From positions 4,064,001 to 4,128,000 of the forward strand of contig OZ245046.1 of the NCBI GenBank assembly GCA_965224245.1: a DNA stretch of 64,000 nt. Reading direction: 5' to 3'. The notes beneath the pieces were generated by a model. That model saw nothing but the letters and a program-made list of their open reading frames with translations. It was not told the origin of the DNA and made no database searches. Below, one piece after another: positions 9,798 to 19,537 of the stretch. The position numbers were made by a program, and so were the translations under genes. Numbering within the stretch: the first letter of the stretch is position 1; each line of letters opens with the position of its first letter. This DNA is from Candidatus Eiseniibacteriota bacterium (GTDB lineage: Bacteria > Eisenbacteria > RBG-16-71-46 > CAZAMP01).

Positions 9798-12392
9798 TCA
9801 GTCCTCGCGTGCCGCGAGCATGTCGGGCGCATCGGATTCCCGAACGACGTGGAACGTGCCGCCACCCGGGGATCGGAACGTGAGGAGCGACGCGTCGTCC
9901 ACGACGCCGGTCGCCTCGAACCCCGAGTCCGTTTCGGTGATGCGGTACGTGCCCGGCGCCAGGTCCGCGACGTGGTGGAGCACCGGCTCGTCGTGGCGGA
10001 AGCCGTAGATGGCCTCGGTGTCGACGTCCTCGTCGCGGCCGAACACGTTCACGCGACCGTTGCCCGGATGGCGGATGACGCATCCGACGCGGGCCTCGTC
10101 CACGTCGTCGAGGTACTCGACCGGGATCGCCACGGTCTGGTCGCGCCCGGTGAGCTCGTACACGTGAAGGAACGTGTGCTCCTTCCGACCCGTGGCCTCG
10201 ATCTCCATCCGCCAGAACCCCATGATGCCGAGCTCGATCAGCTCCTCTTCCTCGCCGGCGGTGATGTAGTCGTCGCGCCAGACCGCGTTCTCGCCCATCT
10301 CGCGGAGGTAGAACTCGGCGCTTCCGGCGGTGTTCCAGTTGCCCGACGCGTCGGCGCCGCCGACGCGAACCAGCTTGCGACCCGGACCCCCGGCGCTCGC
10401 CGGCTTCGGGTAGAGGACGGTCGCGAATGCGCGGGAGTCGCCCTTCGTCCACATGTACCGGACGCCGTTGTCGGTCGACTGGCCGTGGGTGCCCCCGAAC
10501 TCACCGGGATGCGTGGCCTCGCCGCCGTTCCACGTGCCGTCGAGAAGCGTGTAGCCGGCCTTCGACGGGCAGTGCATGACCACGCGCTTCGTCGCCGAGG
10601 GATTGACGCTCGTCACCCGATCACACAGGACGACGTAGCGCCCCACCTGGAACAGGATCTGGCGGGTGACGTTCTCGGCGGTCTGCCCCGCGGGCCAGAG
10701 ATCGGCCTTCCGGGTGTTGGGATAGGCCGTCGTGATGTCGGCGTAGAGGTAGACGTCGTAGCCGTCAGTGTTACGGAATCGCTCCACGAACCCGAACTCG
10801 TGCTCGCGGTCGTATGCGTCCTCGGCGGTGTAGATGCCGGCGCCGCCGGTCGTGCCGGGAGCCGGCGCTTGCATTCCCTCGCGCTGGTTGTCCGCGTAGT
10901 CCTCGTCGGTGATGTACGGGTTGTCGGGGTCCACGATCAGGATCGTGTTCTCGGAGATCGGCTGCGAGCCGTAGATCTGCGTGTGACGGAAGTTGGTGCC
11001 GTCGTAAACGCCGGTCGACGCGGTCAGGATGTCCTGTCCGCGGAAGAGCGCGAGATGTCCGTTCGAGTGGAGATCGTGCCCCATGCCCTTCGGACCGCAC
11101 AGGAACGAGCCGTGAACGGTCGACTGATCACCGGTCGAGAACGCCCACGAGCTCCGGAAGTGCGCATACTGGGAGTTGTACCCGTCGAGAGGAGTGAGAT
11201 CGCCGAAGTAGCGCCCCAGCGGCACCGTGTCGTGCGTGGGCTGCGCGCGCGCGAGGGACTTGTCGTTGTAGTAGATCAGGAACCACGGGATCGGGATGTC
11301 ACCCACCTCTTCCGACGCGCGATCCAGGAACCACAGCGTGTTGGGATCCCGATCCATCACCGCGCCGGGATATGCGAACCAGACGAACGTCCCGTGAAGG
11401 TGATCCATGTCGTGGCTGTCGCCGGTCTCGTCGGACTCGTAGAAGTTGGGGCGGGTCATGTACATGACCCAGTCGTCCATGTTCCGGAAGTGGTAGCCGT
11501 ACGTGACCAGCGGATCCTCGTCCAGGATCGCCGTGCGCCAGGCCAGCGCGGAGCTCGTGTCCTCCTCGGGACGCTCCCAGCGATACCCGGAGTACGTGCC
11601 GCAGAAGTTGTGCGCCCGCGCCTCCATGTCGAGCTTCTTGTACGCGTGCGCGTATGCGATCCGGGTGTCGACGAGGGCGTGATCGAGCCCCTGCGTTCCG
11701 CGGACGGCCACCAGCGTGTTGAAGAGGCTGTCGCAGACCCACGGCTGCTTGTAGTAGTGCGGCCACGTCGACGGCGGGTACTCGGAGTCGCCGTGAAGAT
11801 ACGTCCACGCCTCCTCCACGTTGGCGATCAGCCACTGCGCGATCTCGTTGCGGAGCGTCGGATTGGTCGACGAGAGCTCGTCGTACAGATGGTCGAACGC
11901 CATCACGTAGCCGCGCCAGTTGGCGTTGCGTCCGAAGAGGTTGAAGTCGATCGACGGCCCGATGCTCCCGCCGTTCCGGTTGCGGGCGTACTGGACGGCC
12001 GCCTCCCACCACGTGACGATCGTGTTGCGATACGCCGCGCCCTCCGCCCGGTGGGCGTTCAGGAGGTACGCTGCGGCCAGGTTGCTGAATCCGACCGAGT
12101 ACGCCTTGATCGCGTTCTTTGACCAGTTCGCCGCGTCCGCATCGGGAACGTCGTCGGGGCCGTACCCGTCGGCCAGCGCGACGAGCCGTGCGTACTCGTC
12201 GGCGTGGCTGCCCCACTCGGCGGCGAACTCGGCCTGGTTCGTGCCGTCGACGATCGCGCACCGTGCGCGCAGGCGCGGCAGGTCGGCGTCGGTGACGAAC
12301 ATGCGCGGATGCTGCGCAGAGACCTCGAACGCGCCTGATGATTGGGGTGCGGCGAGGGCCGCCAGGGCCAGAAGGGCGATCAACCGTCTCAT
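9798..12392 (-). CDS. Secreted heparinase II/III-like (alginate/heparin lyase-fold) protein
   Basis: Signal peptide MRRLIALLALAALAAPQSSGA, HPRMF motif, HFRSSW, GHDLHSNGH, ENTILIVDP, RQILF...CDRV. Confidence 0.65.
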   Translation of the reverse strand: MRRLIALLALAALAAPQSSGAFEVSAQHPRMFVTDADLPRLRARCAIVDGTNQAEFAAEWGSHADEYARLVALADGYGPDDVPDADAANWSKNAIKAYSVGFSNLAAAYLLNAHRAEGAAYRNTIVTWWEAAVQYARNRNGGSIGPSIDFNLFGRNANWRGYVMAFDHLYDELSSTNPTLRNEIAQWLIANVEEAWTYLHGDSEYPPSTWPHYYKQPWVCDSLFNTLVAVRGTQGLDHALVDTRIAYAHAYKKLDMEARAHNFCGTYSGYRWERPEEDTSSALAWRTAILDEDPLVTYGYHFRNMDDWVMYMTRPNFYESDETGDSHDMDHLHGTFVWFAYPGAVMDRDPNTLWFLDRASEEVGDIPIPWFLIYYNDKSLARAQPTHDTVPLGRYFGDLTPLDGYNSQYAHFRSSWAFSTGDQSTVHGSFLCGPKGMGHDLHSNGHLALFRGQDILTASTGVYDGTNFRHTQIYGSQPISENTILIVDPDNPYITDEDYADNQREGMQAPAPGTTGGAGIYTAEDAYDREHEFGFVERFRNTDGYDVYLYADITTAYPNTRKADLWPAGQTAENVTRQILFQVGRYVVLCDRVTSVNPSATKRVVMHCPSKAGYTLLDGTWNGGEATHPGEFGGTHGQSTDNGVRYMWTKGDSRAFATVLYPKPASAGGPGRKLVRVGGADASGNWNTAGSAEFYLREMGENAVWRDDYITAGEEEELIELGIMGFWRMEIEATGRKEHTFLHVYELTGRDQTVAIPVEYLDDVDEARVGCVIRHPGNGRVNVFGRDEDVDTEAIYGFRHDEPVLHHVADLAPGTYRITETDSGFEATGVVDDASLLTFRSPGGGTFHVVRESDAPDMLAARED

Positions 12393-12641
12393 CGTGGGTC
12401 CTCGGTGGTGCCCGCGGTCGACCGCCGGGGCTCGTGGTGCGGTGAAGTCTCGGTTCGACCGCGGATGCAAGACGCAAGCGCCCTGGCACACTCCAACCCG
12501 GGGGCGGCAATCGGGTTCACTCTGGTTTCAACATTCGTCGTCAAACGTCCACCAGCAGAATCGATGCCTCGTAGCCGGCCGAGGCCAGCCGCCCCGCAAG
12601 ACGGGATCGCCGGTCATCGAACGACGATCGGACGAGATCGA

Positions 12642-14210
12642 TCACGGCGACCGGCGGCGCGGCTGGTGCTCGGGTCGCAAGAGATCCAGGATCGTCTTCA
12701 CCGGCGCGAACGTCTCGATCGGAACCTCCACGAATACCGTGTTCCAGCGAGCCATCGACCCGTTCCAGAGTCCGGGCCGCTCCAGGGCGACGAGGTCTCG
12801 TCCCCCGTGCGACTTCGTGGAGACGAACACCGCGCGGGGCTCGACGAACGCGTCCAGCCGCCGCGGCCGGCCATCGCGTGCGCGCAGCACGCACACCAGG
12901 TCCACCGGATTGAAGTGGGTGGCCGCGCGCACGATCGCGTCCTGGTCGGGATCGGTCCGGTCCACCTGCGAGGTCTCGACGATCTGGAGCGTGCAGCGTC
13001 CGTCGGGCTCGCGGACCCAGAACGGTCCCCCGCCGGGCTCGCCGTCGTTGCGGACGACTCCGGCCACGCGGATCGGGCGGTCGAGCTCGTCGATCAGCGC
13101 GCGGCGAGCGGCGGCCGGGTCGGCCGGAAGCACGCCGGGAGCCACGTCGTCGCCGCGCGCGAGCTCGTCGCGGAGAAGCGCCGACGCGCGGTCGATCGCT
13201 CCCTCGGCCCCGGCCTCCAGATCCGCGAGGCACCGGTTCACGTCGGCCTCGAGCCTCGCGGCAAGGCCGATCAGCACGCGCTTCCAGTGCGTCACGAGCG
13301 GCTTCCGGTCGTCGGGGAGGATGTTGTCGATGTTCTTGACCACGACGACGTCACCGCCGGTGCGCTCGAGGTTCGACAGGAGCGCACCGTGTCCGCCCGG
13401 GCGGAAGTGGGGCGATCCATCGACCTCGCGCACGATGGCGCCGGTCCCGTCCACGGCGATCGTGTCGGTGGAGCTGGACTGATGCGAGAACGTCACGTCG
13501 AACCCGGTGTCCACCGCGTCGCGGAGCCGGGGCGCCACCGACTCGAACGTGCGGCGGAACGCGTGCTCGTGCTCGGGAGAGACCGTCACGTGAAGCCGAC
13601 AGCGCCCGGCGCGATCGCGCGCGTAGCCGACGGCCTCCCAGAGCTGCTCCTCGAACGCGGTCCGGACCGCATCGCCGTAGTCGTGGAACGACAGGAGCCC
13701 CTTCGGGCGGGATGCGGCGTCGAACCCGTCGCGTGACAGGAGAAGCCGGAGGTACTCCCCCGCGTGCGCGTCGGTCAGGGCGTCGGGGTCGAGCCCGACG
13801 CTCCGGAGGACCGCCGACATCTCACGGCGGATCGGTAGGCGATCGCGCTCGGTCCACAGGCGAACGAACGCGGCGGCGTCCGGGTCGTCGCCGGTGGCCA
13901 GACGCCGGGCCTCGTCGACTCCGTCGAGGCCGCGATCGCGCGCGGCGAGGAGGCGCTTGAACATGCGCGTGGCCGCGCCGGAGGCCGGCACGAACTTCCC
14001 GACGCGCCCGGCCGACGCGACGTCCTCGCCCCCGGCGGCCAGCGCGATCTGCGCGTCGTCGTCGAGACGCCGGATACCGTCGCCGGGGGTGCAGGGACGA
14101 TCCAGGCACGTGGGTGGCGGCGGCTCGCGAAGCAGCCGGAGCTGCCGCTCGGCCTCCTCGAGGGTGAGACCGTGCGCCTCGATCGCGCGCCGGTCGGACT
14201 CGTCGAACAT
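12642..14210 (-). CDS. DUF4301 family protein
   Basis: KFVPASGAATRMFK, FRPGGHGALL, KNIDN, GEPGGGPFWV, HFNPVDLVC, LERPGLWNGSMA, TFAPVKT. Confidence 0.88.
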   Translation of the reverse strand: MFDESDRRAIEAHGLTLEEAERQLRLLREPPPPTCLDRPCTPGDGIRRLDDDAQIALAAGGEDVASAGRVGKFVPASGAATRMFKRLLAARDRGLDGVDEARRLATGDDPDAAAFVRLWTERDRLPIRREMSAVLRSVGLDPDALTDAHAGEYLRLLLSRDGFDAASRPKGLLSFHDYGDAVRTAFEEQLWEAVGYARDRAGRCRLHVTVSPEHEHAFRRTFESVAPRLRDAVDTGFDVTFSHQSSSTDTIAVDGTGAIVREVDGSPHFRPGGHGALLSNLERTGGDVVVVKNIDNILPDDRKPLVTHWKRVLIGLAARLEADVNRCLADLEAGAEGAIDRASALLRDELARGDDVAPGVLPADPAAARRALIDELDRPIRVAGVVRNDGEPGGGPFWVREPDGRCTLQIVETSQVDRTDPDQDAIVRAATHFNPVDLVCVLRARDGRPRRLDAFVEPRAVFVSTKSHGGRDLVALERPGLWNGSMARWNTVFVEVPIETFAPVKTILDLLRPEHQPRRRSP

Positions 14211-14263
14211 GTCGGTCGCTCCCTCGCCGGTGCTCGGACCCGGAGGTCATCCGGCTCGGAACA

Positions 14264-15313
14264 CTAGCGTCGTCGTGTCCGCGCCAGCAGCACGTCGAAT
14301 ACGCCCAGCATCTCGGCCTCGAAGAGCGTCCACGAGAACCGGCATCCGTCGGGCGAGTACTTCGGCTGGTGCACGTTCAGTCGCGGAACCCGATAGGGAT
14401 CGGTGTCGGCGCGACAGGGCCCTTTCTCGATCGTGAACGCCGAGTCGAAGCCCGCCTCGCGCACGGCGTCTCGAATGCGTGCGTCGAAGTCGCCGTTTGG
14501 ATACGCGAACGCCAGACTCTTCGACGCCGGACGGACGGGCGAGGTTTCGCGCCCCGTCGGTCGCGCGTCCAGCGCGGCGTTCAGCGATCGCCGGCAATCG
14601 ACGAGCTCGCGCGTGACCTCGGCGTCGGTGCACGTGGTCAGGATCGGGTGGGTCACCGTGTGGCCGCCGAGCTCGGCGCCCTCGTCGCCGAGGCGGATCG
14701 CATCGTCCCAGGACATGGCGCGCGGGATGGCGTCCGCGGCACCCCGCGCCGCGACGTCGGCCCCGAGCGCCTCGAGGGCAGCCACTCGCTCGGCGTTCGG
14801 GAGCGTCTTCAGCGATGCGATCACGGCCTCGGTCTCGTCACCGAAGGTGGCCTCACCCGACGGTGCCCGGGTCGCCGACGCGCCCTTCGCCGCGGCCACC
14901 ACGTCCCACCACATCGCGCGCTCGCCCGCCACGAACGCGGTGGTCAGGCAGAAGAGCGCGGGCACCCCGGACTCGCGGAGGATCGGCCAGGCGACCGCCG
15001 CGTTGTCCGCGTAGCCGTCGTCGAACGTGATCACGGCCCGCGGGCGGTCGGCCGGCGTGGCCGGGCGGGCCTCGGCCCACGACACCACGTCGTAGCGCCG
15101 GGTCAGGCCGCGCACGAGCGCCCGGAACGCCCCGGGCGGCACGGCCAGCGGCAGCGGAGCGGATCCGGTGCCGGCGACGCGGTGAAACAGCAGGATGGAC
15201 ACCTCGCCCCGCCGCGCGCGCCGCCGCCGGAGCCAGGCCAGCACCCCCAGCGTGCGAAACGTCCAGGCCACCGCCAGCTTCGCGAGCTGCACGATCCGAT
15301 GGGTCGTGCTCAT
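14264..15313 (-). CDS. Polysaccharide deacetylase (NodB/CE4)
   Basis: ITFDDGYADN, GGHTVTHPIL, FAYPNG. Confidence 0.9.
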   Translation of the reverse strand: MSTTHRIVQLAKLAVAWTFRTLGVLAWLRRRRARRGEVSILLFHRVAGTGSAPLPLAVPPGAFRALVRGLTRRYDVVSWAEARPATPADRPRAVITFDDGYADNAAVAWPILRESGVPALFCLTTAFVAGERAMWWDVVAAAKGASATRAPSGEATFGDETEAVIASLKTLPNAERVAALEALGADVAARGAADAIPRAMSWDDAIRLGDEGAELGGHTVTHPILTTCTDAEVTRELVDCRRSLNAALDARPTGRETSPVRPASKSLAFAYPNGDFDARIRDAVREAGFDSAFTIEKGPCRADTDPYRVPRLNVHQPKYSPDGCRFSWTLFEAEMLGVFDVLLARTRRR

Positions 15314-15504
15314 CGGCGGGCGTGTCCGGGCACGCACGACGTCGATCGCGGGGATGCATCGGCCGGCGATGGCGGCGAGATCGGTCCGCCGGCGCGGACG
15401 AGCGGTTGTCTCAAATCCCAGCCCTTCGTAGACTCCATCCGGTCGAACGGCCGCGCAGCCGCCGGCACGCCAGCGAAACCGGTGTCTCCATCGAAAGCAC
15501 GAAC

Positions 15505-16467
15505 ATGAAGCGGATACTCGTTACCGGCGCCCTCGGACAGATCGGATCGGAGCTCACCGCCGCTCTTCGCGAGCGCTTCGGCGCCGACGACGTCGTCGCC
15601 ACCGACGTGGCGAGCGCCGCGAGCGGAACGCTCGCGACGTCCGGACCGTTCGAACAGCTGGATGTTACCGCCGCCGACGCGGTAGCACGAGCTTTTCGGC
15701 GACACGAGATCGACACGGTCTATCATCTCGCCGCGCTGCTCTCGGCCACCGGCGAGCGCAAGCCCGATCGATGCTGGGAGGTCAACGTCGACGGTACCCG
15801 CAACGTGCTGGACGCCGCGGTGCAGCACGGTGTCTCGCGGGTGCTGATCCCGTCGTCGATCGCGGTGTTCGGGCCGGAGACCCCGCGAGACGACACGCCG
15901 CAGGAGACCGTCATCCGACCGCGTACGATGTACGGCATCACCAAGGTCGTGGGCGAGCTCCTCGGCGAGTACGTCTCGCGGACCACCAAACTCGACGTGC
16001 GCGGCCTGCGCTACCCGGGGATCATCTCCAGCGAGACGCAGCCCGGCGGCGGTACGACCGACTACGCGGTCGAGATCTTCTACGAGGCCGTCAGGCACGA
16101 TCGCTACACCGCGTTCGTCCGCGAGGACGTCCGCCTCCCGATGATGTACATGCCCGACGCCGTCCGCGCGATCATGGAGCTGGCCGAAGCCGATCGCGCC
16201 TCGCTGCGACACCCCACCAGCTACAACCTCACCGCGATGTCGTTCTCGGTGGGCGAGCTGGCCGCCGAGATCCGCAAGCACCGGCCGGGGTTCACGTGCG
16301 CCTACGAGCCCGACTTCCGTCAGGCCATCGCCGAGAGCTGGCCCCGCACGATCGACGACTCGGCCGCGCGGCGGGACTGGGGCTGGAGACCGCGGTACAC
16401 GCTGGCCGACATGACGCGCGACATGCTGGAGCGGCTCGAGGCCCGGCTCGCCGCCGGGACGCTGTAG
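15505..16467 (+). CDS. SDR-type L-threonine 3-dehydrogenase (NAD-dependent epimerase family)
   Basis: TGALGQIG, HLAALLSATGE, PSSIAVFG, YGITK, LRYPG, GGGTTDYAV, MMYMPDA, RQAIAESWP. Confidence 0.85.
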   Translation: MKRILVTGALGQIGSELTAALRERFGADDVVATDVASAASGTLATSGPFEQLDVTAADAVARAFRRHEIDTVYHLAALLSATGERKPDRCWEVNVDGTRNVLDAAVQHGVSRVLIPSSIAVFGPETPRDDTPQETVIRPRTMYGITKVVGELLGEYVSRTTKLDVRGLRYPGIISSETQPGGGTTDYAVEIFYEAVRHDRYTAFVREDVRLPMMYMPDAVRAIMELAEADRASLRHPTSYNLTAMSFSVGELAAEIRKHRPGFTCAYEPDFRQAIAESWPRTIDDSAARRDWGWRPRYTLADMTRDMLERLEARLAAGTL

Positions 16468-16787
16468 ACCGGCCAGGATCTCAGCGCACGTCGATCGACC
16501 GGGAGTGCGAGATCGGGGTGGGGCGTCCTCGCGAGAGAGCCGGGAAACGATCGCGCGAATGAACGAGACGGTCACGCCGGGGATCCTGCTCGCGATCACC
16601 TCTGGATACACGGCAACGGACGTATCAAACGGCGTCCGGCGGCCACCCCTCGTCGATACCCGGTGCCCGGCGGAGATCGCCACCTCGCCCCCGAGGGAGC
16701 GCGACGCTCACGCTACGCCCTGAGTTCTCCAGACCGAGCAGGTTTCGGGTACGACCACGCCGGCCAGGTGAGCGAGGAGGTCGACAG

Positions 16788-18215
16788 ATGTCTGGACGAG
16801 TGATGACGGTATTCCTGGCCGCGGCGCTGGTGACCTCGGCTGCCGACGCGGCGCCCCCGTGCGGCGACTGGTCGATCGTCGAGACGCCGAACCCACCCTC
16901 GGGGCACAACGCACTGACCGGACTGGGCGTCTGGTCGGCCGACGTCGCCTATGCGCTCCGCACCGGTGGCGCCGGCTCGTTCGTGCACGAGTGGGACGGC
17001 GCGGCGTGGACCGAGGTCCCACTACCGGATCTCGCGGTGGAGGGCGGATTCTCTCCGCGCGCGATCACCGCGGTGGACGGGCACGCGTGGATCGCCAGCC
17101 TGGTCGTCACGGGCGTCGGCGGCCCCGGACTCCAGCATCTCCTGTGCTGGGACGGGACCGACTGGGTCACCGAGACCTGGATCGAGCTCGCCCCGACCAC
17201 CGATGGGCTCCCCCGTTCGGGCTCCCCCGAGGACATGGACGGCATCGCCGCGGACGACATCTGGATCGTGGGTATCGCCGACGGGACCGGCGATCCCGTC
17301 GCGGGGAACCCGTTGCTCACCGTCCACTGGGACGGCAACGAGCTCGTGGAGTACATGACACCCGGCGTCGGCAACCGGCAGAACTGGCTCACCGGCGTGA
17401 CCGCCATCGCGCCGGACGACGCGTGGGCGGTCGGGTACTACAACACCACCGGCGGTGGGGGCCACTTCCATGGGCTGGTGTATCACTGGGACGGGTCGAG
17501 CTGGACGCACGTTCCGACGCCCGCGGAGGCACTGGATGGATCGCACCTTCAGGCCGTCGACGCGATCGCCGCCGACGACATCTGGGCGGTCGGCGACGTG
17601 CTCGGGGAGCCGCTCTTCATGCACTACGACGGCTCCGACTGGAGCATCGTCCCCGGCCCGACGACGACGATGACCCAGTCGCTGTACGCGGTAGCCGCCG
17701 CCGCGACCGACGACGTGTGGGCGGTGTCGTACGGCAACGAGAAGCGTTTCTATCACTACGACGGCTTCGCCTGGGAGGCGATGCCGTTCCCGGACGTGCC
17801 CGGCGCCACGAGCATCGACCTGCACGGCGCCATGGACTCCAGCGGCGGCTGTGACGTCTGGGCGGTCGGCGGTCAGACGATCGAGGGTCGGATCTACACG
17901 CTGGCCGCGCACCTCGTCGGCGACGTGGTCAGCGTCGCCGACGTGTCGAGCCCCCCGAGCCTCGTGCCGCAGGCGGCACCGCACCCGTTCACGCAGGCGA
18001 CGCGAATCACGCTCGAGCTTCCGGACGCCTCCGACGTGGAGCTCGATCTGTTCGACACCGCCGGCCGGCGCGTTCGATCGGATCGGCACGCGGCCATCCC
18101 GGCCGGCACCCATACCGTGACGCTGCGCGCCGACGGCCTGGCGCCAGGCTCCTACCTGCTGCGCGCCACCGCGAACGGGATGACGAGCACGCGCAAGCTC
18201 GTGGTCGCTCCCTGA
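16788..18215 (+). CDS. Secreted beta-propeller protein with FlgD/T9SS-like C-terminal domain
   Basis: GAGGAGG RBS, signal peptide, repeated DDxWAVG...HWDG..W, and a C-terminal PHPF...FDTAGRRV...GSYLLR...RKLVV. Confidence 0.8.
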   Translation: MSGRVMTVFLAAALVTSAADAAPPCGDWSIVETPNPPSGHNALTGLGVWSADVAYALRTGGAGSFVHEWDGAAWTEVPLPDLAVEGGFSPRAITAVDGHAWIASLVVTGVGGPGLQHLLCWDGTDWVTETWIELAPTTDGLPRSGSPEDMDGIAADDIWIVGIADGTGDPVAGNPLLTVHWDGNELVEYMTPGVGNRQNWLTGVTAIAPDDAWAVGYYNTTGGGGHFHGLVYHWDGSSWTHVPTPAEALDGSHLQAVDAIAADDIWAVGDVLGEPLFMHYDGSDWSIVPGPTTTMTQSLYAVAAAATDDVWAVSYGNEKRFYHYDGFAWEAMPFPDVPGATSIDLHGAMDSSGGCDVWAVGGQTIEGRIYTLAAHLVGDVVSVADVSSPPSLVPQAAPHPFTQATRITLELPDASDVELDLFDTAGRRVRSDRHAAIPAGTHTVTLRADGLAPGSYLLRATANGMTSTRKLVVAP

Positions 18216-18236
18216 GGCAGTGAGAGCAGGCGCAAA

Positions 18237-18266
18237 GAGGCCGGGGGCGCCACACGCTCCGGCCTC
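18237..18266. terminator. Probable intrinsic terminator hairpin between convergent genes
   Basis: GAGGCCGG...CCGGCCTC inverted repeat with AAA on the left and TT on the right. Confidence 0.5.
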
Positions 18267-18320
18267 GTTCCTCGTTCTCGAGTGCGGTCGACGATGTGCG
18301 TGGACGCCCGTCGGGTCGGG

Positions 18321-19460
18321 TCAGTCGAGACAGTCCCACGGCCGAGCCTCGCACGCGTCGGCCGCGGCCAGGAGTCGCTCCGCGTCGTCGGTGAGGCTCG
18401 CCGAGGTGATGGCCCGTGCCAGCTCGCGCGCCCGCTCGGGCCGGTCCGTCTTCAGGCACGCGTACGCCAGGTGATGGCGGAGCCCGTCGTCCAGGAGGTG
18501 CATCGCCTCGAGCCGGGGCAGCAGCGCCACCGCGGCCTCGTACCGTTCGCTCGAGACCAGGATCGCCGCGCGCTGCGGGATCCGCCGTGCGTCGTCGGCG
18601 ACCCTCGCGTTCCACGCGAGCGCCTCGGAGTACCGCCTGGCCAGCCGGAGCTGATCGGCCACCTCGAACGCGTGTGCCTCCCCCGACTTGCTCTCGATCC
18701 GTGACGCCTCGGCGAACAGCCGTCCCGCCGCCAGGTGATTCTCCAGCGACGCGTGCACGAAGGCGAGCTGGGCGATGATCGTCGCGTCGCGACGGAAACG
18801 GAGGCGTCCCTCTTCCAGCACCGCCGCCGCGTCCTCGAGGCGACCGGCCCGACGAAGCGCCTCCCCCATGACCACCCACGCGTTGGAGTCGTCGAGATTG
18901 ACCTCGAGGAACCGCCTGGCCACGTCCATCGCCGTCTCGTACAGGCCGATCTCGATCAGCATCAGGGCGCGCTCCCGCCACAGGATGTCCGCATCGGGGA
19001 AGCGTTCGCTCCCGAACGCGAGCGTCTCGTACGCTCGCCGGGGCTTTCCCAGCTCGCGCTCGACGCGAGCCCGGAGCTCGAAGTACCCGGGGAGCTGCGC
19101 GCCGGCGCTCGCGCCGCGCTCGAGCGCGTCCAGCGCGCCCTCGTGGTCCGCCAGCGCGTAGCGCGCCTGACCGAGGTACAGCCAGACCCCGAGGCGGTTG
19201 GGGCGCTCGTCGAGCACCGACTCGAACAGCGTCACCGCCGTCGCCGCATCGCCGCGCTCGATCGCGACCAGTCCGCGGAGTGAGCGGACCTCGAGGTCCT
19301 CGCCGCCGATCGAGTCCAGGACGGCCTCGGCACGATCGAGCTCGCCGTCGAAGATCAGCTGGCGCGCGCGCTGGATCCGTTCGACGTCCTGTGCCAGAGC
19401 CCCGCCGAGCGTCACCAACGTCGTTACGATGACCAGAGCCGCCAGTGATGTGAAACGCAT
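18321..19460 (-). CDS. Secreted tetratricopeptide repeat protein, probable TonB-operon partner
   Basis: Signal peptide followed by TPR-like helical repeats (LYLGQARY, WVVMGEAL, LAYACL). Confidence 0.8.
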   Translation of the reverse strand: MRFTSLAALVIVTTLVTLGGALAQDVERIQRARQLIFDGELDRAEAVLDSIGGEDLEVRSLRGLVAIERGDAATAVTLFESVLDERPNRLGVWLYLGQARYALADHEGALDALERGASAGAQLPGYFELRARVERELGKPRRAYETLAFGSERFPDADILWRERALMLIEIGLYETAMDVARRFLEVNLDDSNAWVVMGEALRRAGRLEDAAAVLEEGRLRFRRDATIIAQLAFVHASLENHLAAGRLFAEASRIESKSGEAHAFEVADQLRLARRYSEALAWNARVADDARRIPQRAAILVSSERYEAAVALLPRLEAMHLLDDGLRHHLAYACLKTDRPERARELARAITSASLTDDAERLLAAADACEARPWDCLD

Positions 19461-19491
19461 GGTCCGCCTCGCGACTACTCACCCCTCGCGC

Positions 19492-19500
19492 CACCGCTCG
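19492..19500. repeat. 9-bp direct repeat CACCGCTCG, left copy (right copy at 31959-31967)
   Basis: Exact match. Both copies lie in short intergenic gaps bounding the signalling block. Confidence 0.65.
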
Positions 19501-19537
19501 GACGCGAACACCCGCCGACTCGTCGTTTCGCCGATCG

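Noticed and set aside
9762-12122. Long antisense/shadow ORFs (e.g. 9762-12122 +, 23442-26024 +, 28341-31127 -, 41293-44082 -)
   Set aside because: They lie opposite well-supported genes, are Arg/Pro/Gly-rich without motifs, and are typical high-GC artefacts.
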